Shown here: one piece after another, positions 10,903 through 21,120 of the stretch
Layout of the letters: every line of letters starts with the position of its first letter
Position numbering within the stretch: position 1 is the first letter of the stretch
NCBI GenBank assembly: GCA_963733195.1
Contig: CAVTCR010000007.1
Coordinates: 1-64,000 of the forward strand
Direction of reading: 5' to 3'
DNA length: 64,000 nt
Source: an uncultured delta proteobacterium
GTDB taxonomy: Bacteria > Desulfobacterota > Binatia > Bin18
Position numbers and translations under genes: made by a program
Notes under the pieces: model-generated
The model's database searches: none
What the model was told of the DNA's origin: nothing
The model's input: only the letters and a program-made list of their open reading frames with translations

Positions 10903-12264
10903 TTACAACTCTTCATATTTTTTGCGTTTCCGCCACAACGTTGACGCATCGATACCAAGCACCTGAGCCGCCTCTTCTAATGTACTCGTGCGTGCAAGCA
11001 CACCCAGGATGTGCTCACGTTCAATCGTCTCTAGCGAATAATCGCCGCCGATGTACAGTCTAGAAGTAGTATGCGTAGCAATGCGTTCAGGAAACGCCTG
11101 GGGCTCAATGACCTGCGCAGGCCAGAGGATGACCGCGCGTTCAATCGCGTTGCGGAGTTCACGTACATTTCCCGGCCAGGAATAGTGCAAGAGCGCCTGC
11201 TCGGCAGCGGGCGAGAGACCGGGGAGTGACCGACGAGTGCTACGCGCAAAGAAGGCAAGAAACCAGCGAGCAAGGCGGAGAATATCTTCTTGACGTTCAC
11301 GAAGTGGAGGAATCGTTACCTCGATCACGTTGAGACGGTACAAAAGATCTTCGCGGAAGCGACCCGCCTTGACGTCGGTTTCTAAATCACGGTTAGTAGC
11401 GACGATCACACGGACGTCGGCGTGACGGGTTTTATTCTCACCCAGCCGCTCAAACTGTCTGTCCTGGAGGAACCGCAAGAGCTTCGCCTGCAATCCTGGT
11501 GCAATCTCTCCGATTTCATCGAGGAAGAGTGTTCCGCCCTGGGCCATTTCCACTCGCCCCGGCTGGTCACGTACGGCACCAGTAAAAGCGCCCCTGGTAT
11601 GTCCAAAAAGTTCGCTGGCCAGGAGTTCCTCAGACAAGGTGGGGCAATTGACTACCACAAAGGGGTTTGCGGCGCGATTACTGTGGACATGGAGCAGACG
11701 AGCGATGACGCTTTTGCCCGTGCCGGTCTCTCCACGAAAAAGAACCGGAGCGTCCGTTGGGGCGACGCGGGCAATGACGTCAAGCACGGCGCGCATTTTC
11801 GGTGAAGTCGTCTCGATATCGACCTCCGGAACGGCCTCCTGTAATCGCTCTTCGAGATCGCGAATGCGAGTAGTGAGATGACGCTGCTCAGCAAATCGCT
11901 CTACAAGATGGCGAATCTGTGCCGGAGTGAACGGCTTGGGCAGATAGTCTTTCGCGCCACGTTTGATGGCAGCAACTGCAGTATCCACCGTCGCATAAGC
12001 GGTAATGACAATGATCGCTATCTCCGGGGCTTCTGCGAGAAGCGTGGGAATAAGATCAAGCCCATTTGCCTGGCCAAGACGGAGGTCGAGGAACACCAAG
12101 TCAAAAGGTTGTCGCGCGAGTGCGGCAAGCGCCGCGTCTGGTGAGGCAACCGCAGTGACCTGGCACCCGATACTTTCTAAACAGGTCGAAAGAGTCACGC
12201 GGATATTTTTCTCGTCGTCGATAATCAATACGTGGAATTGTGAGAGAGTTGTCATATTTATCAT
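10903..12264 (-). CDS. sigma-54-dependent response regulator (REC-AAA+-Fis HTH; AlgB/ZraR-like)
   Basis: REC domain (IIDDE, FLDLRL, KPF), GETGTGKS, ELFGHTRGAFTGA, FLDEIGE, WPGNVRELRN, C-terminal HTH. Confidence 0.92.
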   Translation of the reverse strand: MINMTTLSQFHVLIIDDEKNIRVTLSTCLESIGCQVTAVASPDAALAALARQPFDLVFLDLRLGQANGLDLIPTLLAEAPEIAIIVITAYATVDTAVAAIKRGAKDYLPKPFTPAQIRHLVERFAEQRHLTTRIRDLEERLQEAVPEVDIETTSPKMRAVLDVIARVAPTDAPVLFRGETGTGKSVIARLLHVHSNRAANPFVVVNCPTLSEELLASELFGHTRGAFTGAVRDQPGRVEMAQGGTLFLDEIGEIAPGLQAKLLRFLQDRQFERLGENKTRHADVRVIVATNRDLETDVKAGRFREDLLYRLNVIEVTIPPLRERQEDILRLARWFLAFFARSTRRSLPGLSPAAEQALLHYSWPGNVRELRNAIERAVILWPAQVIEPQAFPERIATHTTSRLYIGGDYSLETIEREHILGVLARTSTLEEAAQVLGIDASTLWRKRKKYEEL

Positions 12265-12635
12265 CGAAAGATACTAAAGAAAGAGATCTGAATCCACGGG
12301 TAAAAAGTCGAAGATGTGGAAGGTATTGCAGAACACGCAAATAGATTCCAGGTCTCACGTTGCTCGCCTGGAACGACGAGGGTTGCGACCTTCGTCATTC
12401 CAGCCCTTCGACCAAGCTCAGGATAAACTCCAGCTGGAATCTAAGGGAGGAGTAGGGGGTGGAGATTTTGTTTCTGAGCAGCGAAGCGAAGAAGCTCAGC
12501 CCACGGCTGGCCGCGGAAGAGACTGACCCGGTGCTTGTTTCCCGCCTGCCGTATGTGGTAGCTCAAAAGTGAACAACCGGACCGGAGTGATAACATGGGT
12601 ATAGGAGCGAAGGGGAAAAATTGTGGGAGTAATGC

Positions 12636-13043
12636 ATGAATTGCCCCACTTGGTTCTACGTTGCACAGGAAAGTGAATTCCCCACAGTCGGTGACTTCAA
12701 GCTACTGAGAGTGGCGCAACGATCAGTCATTGTTGTCCGCGATGAGGATAGACAGATCCGAGTACTCTTTAATGTCTGTCGCCATCGTCGCGTGCCAGTC
12801 TGCCGCCAAGCGCGCGGCAATACGCGCACCTTTATCTGCACTTCTCATGGATGGGTCTATAACACGAAAGGAGCCCTGGTCGGCTTACAAGGTCCGGGCC
12901 GCTCGGTACGTGAGTTTCCGGAACGTGAAGGACTCCTGCCTGTGCCTCGGGTTGCAACCTCCCGGGGATGTATCTACGCCAGTCTTGAATCTGCTGGGGA
13001 AAGTCTGAGTGAATACCTAGGAAGAGTGGAGAGTGAAAAATGA
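12636..13043 (+). CDS. Rieske 2Fe-2S domain protein
   Basis: NVCRHR...FICTSHGWVYNTKG Rieske motif; no catalytic oxygenase domain. Confidence 0.85.
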   Translation: MNCPTWFYVAQESEFPTVGDFKLLRVAQRSVIVVRDEDRQIRVLFNVCRHRRVPVCRQARGNTRTFICTSHGWVYNTKGALVGLQGPGRSVREFPEREGLLPVPRVATSRGCIYASLESAGESLSEYLGRVESEK

Positions 13044-13070
13044 GGACTGAGAGCTGAGACTTTGGACTTA

Positions 13071-13105
13071 AAACCTGAAACTCGAAACTCGAAACCTGAA
13101 ACTTG
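13071..13105 (+). repeat. heptamer tandem repeat (AAACCTG/AAACTCG/AAACTTG) x5
   Basis: aaacctg aaactcg aaactcg aaacctg aaacttg in the intergenic region. Confidence 0.7.
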
Positions 13106-13114
13106 GAGAAACGT

Positions 13115-13984
13115 ATGGACTATGGCATTGTGCTGCCACACTTTGGGTCGTTCGCACGGGAAGATGCAACACAGCGAGTGATGACTGCGGCTGAGGCGGC
13201 GGAAGCGCTCGGCTTTAGTACAGTTTGGGTGGTTGATCACGTCGTGTTTCCGGAGAAGCTCGAAGGATACGCCTTTAATCCACTTGACCCGTTTCTTGAA
13301 CCGATGACCGTGCTTGGTGCGTTGGCCCTCAAGACGAAGCGGGTCAAACTCGGTACCGCGGTCCTCGTGCTTCCCTATCGCCATCCACTCTATACCGCGA
13401 AAGCGTTGGCAACGGTCGATGTGCCTGTCTGGTGGGCGATTGGTTGTTGGTGTCGGTGCTGGTTGGCTCGAAGGCGAGTTCAATGCCTTTGGCGTGCCGA
13501 TCGCTGAACGCGGCAGTCGCACCAATGAGACCATAGACATCCTGAAAGCCCTGTGGACTGAAAGAGACGCCCAACTACAGCGGCAAACATTTTCAGTTCG
13601 GTAATATCAAAGCGCTTCCGCAACCAATCCAAAAACCGCGCCCACCAATCCTGGTCGGCGGTATGACGAAAGGCGCACTCCAGCGAGTGGCGCGACGTGG
13701 AGACGGCTGGATTGCGATGGGGAAGGGGCCGGACGATATCAAAGCACCCCTCGACACGTTACGTGAACTTACGCTAAAAGCTGGCCGTAGTCCTGACAGT
13801 TTGCAAATCAACATGTTGCCGCTAGCGACCCCAAGCCTCGACCAAGTCATCAAGGATATTCCACGCTACAGTGAACTTGGCGTGCAGCATCGTGTATTTG
13901 TCGTTTCGCGCGTGGACGGCAAATTTCTCGCAACTCATGGAACTGATGACACAGTTTGCGCGCGAAGTGGGGATGAAGGCATAA
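13115..13984 (+). CDS. LLM-class (probably F420-dependent) oxidoreductase, several frameshifts
   Basis: AEALGFSTVWVVDHV, VKLGTAVLVLPYRHP, SGGRLVVGVGAGWLEGEF, PQPIQKPRPPILVGG spread across frames. Confidence 0.85.
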
Positions 13985-14126
13985 AACAGGGAAAGTGTTA
14001 GCGTAATACGTGTTACGTGTCTCGTCATTCTTGGGTTCACGTATCACGTTCCACGCATTACACTTTTGAAGGCGGACAACTGATAACTAATAATCCTCAA
14101 CCAGCTCGACTAAAAGGAGGTGTCCA

Positions 14127-14624
14127 ATGATCCACCCTGAACGTATTGCTCATATCGTCATTAAGGTTCGTGACCTGGAAAAATCCAAGGCGTTCTACAC
14201 CGAGACGCTGGGCATGCAAGTGATGAAGTATGTGCCGGAGATCAAGGCGGTCTTCCTCTCGTTTAATGGTCGTGACCATCATGAAGTGGCCCTTTTCGAG
14301 ATCGGCCAAAAGGCCGAAGGGCCGAAGATGAATCAGGTGGGACTGCTGCATGTCGCGTTTCGTATGCGCAACGAAGAAGACCTGCGCGCCGCCTACCAAG
14401 AACTGAAAGAAAAGAATGTCCATGTGACGTTCACCGTGAATCACGGGGTGAGCAAAAGCGTGTACTTCCATGATCCCGATGGAAATGAACTCGAAGTCTA
14501 TGCCGACAACGATATCCCGGAATTGATTGGGACGATGCCGAATGCGTATCTCGGTATGGAAAAACTCGAATTCGCGCCGACTGATCCGAGTTTGCAAGAG
14601 ATGCTGGCGTCGATGAGACACTAG
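14127..14624 (+). CDS. VOC/glyoxalase family protein (catechol 2,3-dioxygenase-like)
   Basis: IAHIVIKVRDLEKS, DHHEVALF, GLLHVAF, SVYFHDPDGNELEVY. Confidence 0.88.
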   Translation: MIHPERIAHIVIKVRDLEKSKAFYTETLGMQVMKYVPEIKAVFLSFNGRDHHEVALFEIGQKAEGPKMNQVGLLHVAFRMRNEEDLRAAYQELKEKNVHVTFTVNHGVSKSVYFHDPDGNELEVYADNDIPELIGTMPNAYLGMEKLEFAPTDPSLQEMLASMRH

Positions 14625-14791
14625 GAAAGTAGTCAGTAGTCAGTAAGGGCGCACGGCGTGCGCCCTGTCTCAAGGCGGGCTGCCATGCGCTTCTCGCTGA
14701 GGGGGATCAAAGATAGATTCCTTGAAAATTCCGGCTTTTTTAGAGACCGAATTACGCGCAGTCTTCAATTAAGTGGAATCGCCAGCGCTTG

Positions 14792-15178
14792 TCAGTTTCT
14801 CTCTCTCGGATCTTCCAGCCACTTCTGAGCATCCAAAACACTAGAGAATAATTTCACATTCACTGCTCGATTCACTGCCACGGTCTCAGCAAACTGCATT
14901 GCTCCCGTGTGATGTTCCGGGTTGACATCAATGTAGGCAATGCGCCGAACCACAGGCCAGACCTGATTGCCGGCTTCTGTGACGATATTGTAAATGATGC
15001 CGGTTCCTAAGCTTGGCCCTCTCAGGTTCTCTTCTATCAGCACGGTGGAACATTGGTGCTCTACACATTTGTCCCGTACCTCAGAGAGATAGTTCGCCAC
15101 ATTTTCAGGGGTATTGTCCCCTATCACCGTTATATGCAGGTATGCCCCTTTGTTTTCTACACTCAAGACATATGACAT
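14792..15178 (-). CDS. hypothetical protein (STAS/SpoIIAA-like)
   Basis: 128 aa with RBS; FAETVAVNRAVNVKLFSSVLDAQKWL C-terminus resembles SpoIIAA-like proteins. Confidence 0.55.
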   Translation of the reverse strand: MSYVLSVENKGAYLHITVIGDNTPENVANYLSEVRDKCVEHQCSTVLIEENLRGPSLGTGIIYNIVTEAGNQVWPVVRRIAYIDVNPEHHTGAMQFAETVAVNRAVNVKLFSSVLDAQKWLEDPRERN

Positions 15179-15257
15179 TGTCCTCTCCTTCCACGGCGAT
15201 GCAGTTTTTCATGAAGAACAGGCTGTCGGTGTCGCCGGTCTTGTCGGTGTGGGTGCC

Positions 15258-15805
15258 TAAGAGGTAGGCAGGCGGCTGGCGAAATTGGTGACTGCGGCTC
15301 CCTGTCGCGCGTGGGCTTGGCCTTTGATCATGAAGGTCAGAGTGTCACGGCTCCAGCCTTGCTCTACAGTTTGCCGGATATGCCAAAAGCGCGTAGGCAG
15401 GTCTTTGATTTTTTCCATGAGCAGGACATTATGCCCCTAGGGAATTCGAGTAAGAAACGATTGCAAATTTGCTGAAGGATCGTTGTCTGGTAATTGTGCC
15501 ACAGGTTGTGGCACTTTTGGCGAGGCGTTCTGATACTCACGATAAAATCGAAGCATTCGCTTGATGTTTCGTTCGGAGAACCCCTTCAATTCGGGCAGCT
15601 CATTGTGAATATCCCGAGCCAGCCGAGGAATGCCTCCGGCCCCCCAGCCTTCCTGCTGTTGGCGTTCATGAATCATCCGGCCTATATCCCGGTACATCTC
15701 AATCATTTCCGCGTTGAAAGAAAGTACCGCCTTGACTTGCGCCTGCCGGATACGGCTCTTGATCTCGTCCAGCAGTTCACCGTAGAAAGTCAGTTCGTTA
15801 CTCAT
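15258..15805 (-). pseudogene. YhcG/DUF1016 nuclease N-terminal fragment
   Basis: EMIEMYRDIGRMI..EGWGAG..KGFSERNIKRMLRFY; in-frame TAG at 15437 (IP*GHN); truncated before the PDDEXK domain. Confidence 0.8.
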
Positions 15806-16060
15806 CTCAATAGTGCCTCCGCCAGGATGGCTTTGAGCTGGTCGCGCAGGCGCGTCACAGGCGTGGACCTGACCGCGATCGAGGCTCACTCACACGACCT
15901 CTTCAGCAATGCGCCACTATTTCGCGTTACAGATCAAGGAACGAGCAATAGCATCAACACACGACCTTAGTCCTCCTTAGTTCAACGCACCACTGCTCCT
16001 CGGTGACCGTACGCGGGCCGCATTGCGAGTTCCGCGCGTGCGTCCCATTGGGGAGCGCTC

Positions 16061-16789
16061 CTACCATTCCAGCTCGGGCAGCTCCCGGAACACTTTGCGT
16101 ACGCCCTCGCTCCAGTCTGCGCTCAGCGCCGTGAAATAAGCGTCGCCCTCGTCGAAGCGGCGCCGCATGCGGATCTCCAGGCTGTCCCGCTCGTAGCACA
16201 CCAGATCGATGGGCATGCCCACAGACAAGTTGCTGCGCATGGTCGAATCGAACGAAACGAGAATGCATTTGGTGGCGTCCGCGAGCGTGGTGGTGGGCGC
16301 GATGACCCGATCGATGATCGGCTTTCCGTACTTGGCTTCGCCAGTTTGTAGAAACGGCGTATCGTCTCCAGCTTCGATGAAGTTGCCCTCTGCGTAGATG
16401 CGAAACAGCCGCGGCGGCTCGCCTTTGAGTTGTCCACCGACGATGAAAGAGGCGTTGAACGAAATGGGACCGCTTTCCAGGAAGGGCGCGTCGCGACGCT
16501 CGATGTCGCGCACGGCATCCGAAACGAGGACTGCCACATCGAACATGGTGCGCGCAGTCCACAGATTGGGCGGTCCATCCGTGACCTCACTGCGCTGCTT
16601 CAGCACGCTGATCACGGCTTGCGTCCCAGCCAAGTTGCCGGAGCTCAGCAAGACGAGCACACGATCGCCGGCCCGCTCGAACACGGTCATTTTGCAGAAC
16701 TTGGCGAAGTTATCCACGCCGGCGTGCGTGCGCGAGTCCGACGCGAGGACGATCCCATCCTTGAGCAAGATGCCGACACAGTACGTCAT
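16061..16789 (-). CDS. proteasome-type Ntn protease (Anbu)
   Basis: MTYCVGILL..SDSRTHAGVD, SGNLAGTQ, QTGEAKYGKPIIDR, SFDSTMRSNLSVGMPID. Confidence 0.92.
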   Translation of the reverse strand: MTYCVGILLKDGIVLASDSRTHAGVDNFAKFCKMTVFERAGDRVLVLLSSGNLAGTQAVISVLKQRSEVTDGPPNLWTARTMFDVAVLVSDAVRDIERRDAPFLESGPISFNASFIVGGQLKGEPPRLFRIYAEGNFIEAGDDTPFLQTGEAKYGKPIIDRVIAPTTTLADATKCILVSFDSTMRSNLSVGMPIDLVCYERDSLEIRMRRRFDEGDAYFTALSADWSEGVRKVFRELPELEW

Positions 16790-16843
16790 GCCCTGACTTT
16801 CTCGGCTGGCGGAACTCGACTTCGACTGCCCGTACGGCGCACT

Positions 16844-17656
16844 TCAGCTCGCGCTGATCTCATCCGTCCACACCTTGAAGCTTTCCAGCGTCGAGGGCCC
16901 GAAGCTGGTCGTGAGCGCGACATCCGCCGCGTCTCTGCCTCTGGCGATCAGGATGCGCCCGATGCGGGGCGTATTGTTGCGAGGATCGAAGGTGTACCAG
17001 CCGTCGCCGAGATAGGCCTCGAACCAGGCCGCAAAGTCCATGGGCGCATAGGGCGGAGGCATGCCGATATCGCCGAGATAGCCCGTGCAGTAACGCGCCG
17101 GGATATTCATACAACGGCAGAGCGTGACGGCGAGATGGGCAAAGTCGCGACACACGCCCTGGCGGTCCTGAAAAACTTGAAACGCGGTCTTCGTTGGGCT
17201 CGAAAGGCCGTAGCCGAACTGAATGTGTTGATGCACGAAATCGCAGATGGCCTGGACGCGCTTCCAGCCAGTCGGCGCCGCACCGAACAAGTCCCAGGCA
17301 GTCTCCGACAACAGGTCGGTCTCGCAATACCTGCTGCCGAGCAGGAAGAGCAAGGCCTCTTCGGGGAGCGCCTCCACGGGCCGCTGCTCGAGCCAAGGCG
17401 CTACCAGGTCGGGGTTGCCGGTGTCGGACACGACAGCATCGCTGCTCAGCCGGAGCTGTCCCGCGGGTGCCACGATGCGGCTGCACCAGTTGCCGAAAGA
17501 GTCCCGATAGGCCGTGACCGGAATGGACGGAGTGAGCAACAGGTGGTCGGGCTTGATGATGTCCGAGACGCGGCTGTAGTGAATACTCAACGTGACGATC
17601 ATCGGTGTCGGTTGTGGGCACCGATAGACCAGCTCGTAGCCGACTTGAATCTGCAT
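16844..17656 (-). CDS. transglutaminase family protein
   Basis: YRDSFGNWCSR, GSRYCETD, GVCRDFAHLAVTLCRCMNIPARYCTGYLGD, DFAAWFE, GRDAADV. Confidence 0.92.
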   Translation of the reverse strand: MQIQVGYELVYRCPQPTPMIVTLSIHYSRVSDIIKPDHLLLTPSIPVTAYRDSFGNWCSRIVAPAGQLRLSSDAVVSDTGNPDLVAPWLEQRPVEALPEEALLFLLGSRYCETDLLSETAWDLFGAAPTGWKRVQAICDFVHQHIQFGYGLSSPTKTAFQVFQDRQGVCRDFAHLAVTLCRCMNIPARYCTGYLGDIGMPPPYAPMDFAAWFEAYLGDGWYTFDPRNNTPRIGRILIARGRDAADVALTTSFGPSTLESFKVWTDEISAS

Positions 17657-17700
17657 GGGTAACGGCTCTCTCTCGATGTCTGAAGTTCTCAGACCTGATC

Positions 17701-18530
17701 CTAGCACTCTGCGTGCCTGGCGAGAAGCCTGGCCGCGAAACCGATCACGTTGGAAACAAGTGCGGCACCGCCGCCTCCAGAACGCCTGCCAAGGCGCTCG
17801 GCCCAACTCTGCACGTCGGATTCGCTGGCGAGCAGATCCTGCCGGATCTCGAGCTCCACATGCGGAATGCCGCGCTGCTCGCCGTGCACGATGATCGTGT
17901 AGTCGCTGGCATCGCTCACCGAATACGGCTGGTTGTCCCCGACGATGAGTGCGCCATCGCTGCGCAACCCCTCCCGCACCAGCCGGCCGAGTCGCGGATC
18001 TCGGCCGTACAGCACGCCGACGTGCCAGCGCCGCGCCTTCGTCCATGTAGACGGGCGTAAAGCTGTGCAGAGCGACCAACACGCTGGGGCATGCCCGTGC
18101 GCTGCGCGCATCCAGCTCGTCGCGAATGCGCTGGTGGTAAGGCTGGAACACCTCCTCGAACCGTTTGCGAGCGTCGCTGGACGAGAGACCTTCGTTTGCC
18201 GCGATTCGGGTGCGCTCGCAGAGCGTGGGGATCGAATCGGGTGCGCCTGGCGGACGGTTCGCGTCGATCACGAGTCGCGAGTAGTTGTGCATAATCAAGA
18301 ACGCGTCGAGGCGGGCGGAGAGCCGCCGTCCCAGCTCGGCCACGCCCAGGTCCCAGGCCACGTGCGTGGAAAGCTCGTGCTCGGAAAGGCCCAAGCTGGC
18401 CAGTTTGCGCGGGATCTCGCGTCCGGCGTGGTCGCACGTGAGCAAGAAGGCAGAGGTCCCCTTGGCGCGCTCGATCAGGAACACGGGCGGGTCGTCTTCA
18501 CTTAGCAGTGCGTCAAAGCTCACGAGCACC
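17701..18530 (-). CDS. N-formylglutamate amidohydrolase (frameshifted; start possibly truncated)
   Basis: TCDHAG, HVAWDLG, YSRLVIDANR, HSFTP, VGDNQPY, ELEIRQDL. Confidence 0.85.
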
Positions 18531-19217
18531 GTCCCCACAATTGTGCGGGGTGATCGCTGGACTGACTACCCTGCTTGGTCCTAGTGCTCGTGAGGGGTGG
18601 AGTTGGTGGCGGCAGCAGGGCCTGCTTGACCATCCCCCACAAGGTGCTCACCACCGCCCTAACAGCTTCGCCTTCGATAATGGCAATTTCGTCCTTAAAT
18701 CGCTCCAGGACGCCGTTTCCTGTCTCCTGCTGCGGCTGGGGATGAGCGGACGACTCGCTAGACGAGGCAGGGGTGGGACTTGCCGGAGAGAACCTTGGGT
18801 CATAGGCCGAGCCAGCCGCAGACGTGCGGCCATTCCCCCCGCTGCCGAGCAGGTAGCCCACCAGCAGTGACCCGCTCAACAGCAGCCACGGATGCTGCTC
18901 CATCTGGTGGTGCAGATCAAAGATGCGCTGCACCGTTTCTACGGTCTCTCCGACGGTTCCTTTCACATTCTCCGCGATATCTTCCACCGATGGCTTGCGC
19001 GCCCTCGATGCGTCTGCTTCATCGTTTCGACGGTCGTGTCCACGGTGTCTCTGACATTCTCCACCATCTCCTCCACCGATGACTGCGCTTCTTCGACGGT
19101 CTCTCGTACTCGCTCTTCCAGTATTTCTAGTTTCTCTGTCATGGCTGACCGGGTGTCCACGATATCTTGCCGGGTGTCTTTTATGCCTTGTTGGATGCCG
19201 TCTGCTCTGTGAGCCAT
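18520..19217 (-). CDS. DUF3618/ElaB-like stress protein (frameshifted)
   Basis: IVDTRSAMTEKLEILEERV..., acidic helical repeats, HPWLLLSGSLLVGYLLG. Confidence 0.7.
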
Positions 19218-19239
19218 TGCCCCTTCTCCTTCCTTGTCT

Positions 19240-19599
19240 TCAGCGTCTGTGAGGGACCACGTCGAGTTTCTCTGCTTTGGTTTTGCCCACGGCGAGCCAC
19301 ACCGCGCCAAGGACGACTAGCCCGCTCCCCATGATGCCGTAGCACTCCCAGAGCGGAATCTCCGTGAATGCCACCAGCACATGGACCAGCATGAGCATCA
19401 GCAACATCCCCCCGACAGCGACGACTCCTATCCCGATGCCCAGTGCTATCGCAGCGGTCTTCGCTTTACGCAGCTCCTCTTGCACTTCAAGCTTGGTCAT
19501 CGTCCATTCCTGCACCAGCAAATCTTTGGCATCGTTCATAATGCCACCCACCAGCGCCGCCAAGCTCGGCTCTGAGGTGTGTTGAGCCCCGTTTTCCAT
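19240..19599 (-). CDS. phage-holin-like / YqjE-type membrane protein
   Basis: SLAALVGGIMNDAKDLLVQEWTMTKLEV plus two TM helices; lies in the usual CsbD-holin-DUF3618 order. Confidence 0.75.
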   Translation of the reverse strand: MENGAQHTSEPSLAALVGGIMNDAKDLLVQEWTMTKLEVQEELRKAKTAAIALGIGIGVVAVGGMLLMLMLVHVLVAFTEIPLWECYGIMGSGLVVLGAVWLAVGKTKAEKLDVVPHRR

Positions 19600-19601
19600 G
19601 A

Positions 19602-20169
19602 TTACTCCTTCGTGCGTCGGGCCAGCCAATAGCCCAGGCCAACCCCAGCCAATAAAGATTGGACGGGATAGCGGCTAATCAAGGCGGTGAGGTCCGTGGC
19701 CACATTTTCGTATTTTTTCTCGTGCAGGTACGAGCCCGCCGATTCCAGCCCACCCGCTACTGTTGTTGCCGCGGTGGCTATCGCGCCCTTCATGCGGCGC
19801 ATGGTTGCGAATTACCCCCGCTAACGATCCTATCTGCTCCCCGACTGCGGTGGCTGCTTCACGCGCCGTGCTCACGGCCGCCGCGCCAAACTCCTGCGCT
19901 TTGGTCGCCATCCCAACAACGGCTTCAGTTGCGTTCGGCATCCCATTACCGCCGCGGTCACCCACGGTGTCGCCATACTCTTTCATGCGCCACTCCACCT
20001 CTTGCTGGGCCTGCTCACGAGTCTGGCCATATTTCTCTTGTACCAAACCGATCAGTTTGTCCTTCTGCCCGCCGATCCGCTCGAAGTCGTCATCGGCGAG
20101 TTTGCCCCACCACGATTTCAGTGTGCCCCGCATTTGCTTCCATTGGCCTGCAAAAATGTCTTGGTTCAT
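19602..20169 (-). CDS. CsbD family protein with ElaB-like C-terminus (frameshifted)
   Basis: MNQDIFAGQWKQMRGTLKSWWGKLADDD..GQKDKLIGLVQEKYG; C-terminus RYPVQSLLAGVGLGYWLAR. Confidence 0.85.
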
Positions 20170-20346
20170 TGGATTGTCCTCCATTGTCTGGTTAAGTGAG
20201 TTCATTGACTACATGCGACCACGCCCAGCACCCGGGCGAGCGTGCTGTCCTTTATCTATGATGTTCTCGCATGCTTGCTGTTTCTCCTTTGTCTTATGGG
20301 GTTGTCGTGACGTGCTCGTGCGTCGACCAGGACCAGTCAGGACCTT

Positions 20347-20496
20347 TTAGAGTCGGCCGGTGAGGAACATAACGAGGAGGACGAGCGCCACCACGCCAAA
20401 GAGGCCCGAGGGCGCATAGCCATACGAGTGATAACCAAAGTTGGGCAGAGCGCCCACCAGGAGCAGAATTAAGACGATCAACAATAATAGGCTCAT
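20347..20496 (-). CDS. DUF3309 family small membrane protein (49 aa)
   Basis: MSLLLLIVLILLLVGALPNFGYHSYGYAPSGLFGVVALVLLVMFLTGRL*, GGAGG RBS. Confidence 0.85.
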   Translation of the reverse strand: MSLLLLIVLILLLVGALPNFGYHSYGYAPSGLFGVVALVLLVMFLTGRL

Positions 20497-20583
20497 AATA
20501 CGTAACCTCCGTGATAATGAGTTACCCCTGCGTGAGGGAAAAGGGACACGTTAAAACAGAACCGGTTCTGCTTGTTGAGTAAG

Positions 20584-20651
20584 AAGGTAATACCGGCGGT
20601 CCGCGCTGTCTGTGAAATTCGTGCTACAAATGTTGGAATCGTGCGACAATC
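20584..20651 (-). promoter_or_regulatory. conserved AraC-type promoter element, copy 1 (heads DUF3309-CsbD-holin-DUF3618)
   Basis: Plus-strand core GTCTGTGAAATTCGTGCTACAAATGTTGGAATCGTGCGACAATC (20608-20651); -10 TACCTT at 20589-20584. Confidence 0.8.
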
Positions 20652-21120
20652 GGGGAAGAAAAGAGGGAAAGATGTCCCCACAGCGCACCTAGTGTTTGCG
20701 GTTCGCTCAGTCGTGCTGAATCTTTGAACGGAAAAGAATTCTTGTTAGAGCGCCGAGAGATCGCGCAAGCTCCGGCCTTAGCTTTTCTGTTTGAAGACGA
20801 TCTTAGAAACCCTCACAGCTACGAAATGTCAAAATTATCCTCACAAAGCTCGAACGTTATCTAACACGCGGCAAGCGCTAGCGGTGGGACTCCTCTTGGA
20901 AAGGGCTGAACTGCGGATGGAAGAGTTGGCAGCGCTTTGCCCTGGCGACTCCTACAGCGCGCCGCGCGCCCGCGGGAAACGAAAAGATAAGAAACGAGGC
21001 GATCGTACACCTCATTTTTGAGTCGTGTGGGTAATTTACGTGGTTGAATAGGGCTGTACTCCGCATGGATATTGGCTTGCAAGTATTTTCTAGTGCGCTC
21101 GGAATTGGCATCCTGGGCGC

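Noticed and set aside
16844-18538. 564-aa amidohydrolase-transglutaminase fusion in the ORF track
   Set aside because: An artefact of a frameshift; the amidohydrolase C-terminus is in another frame (17701..18111)
19240-19599. Prophage inferred from the holin-like gene
   Set aside because: This family typically occurs in CsbD/DUF3618 stress operons, and no phage structural, lysis or integrase genes are present
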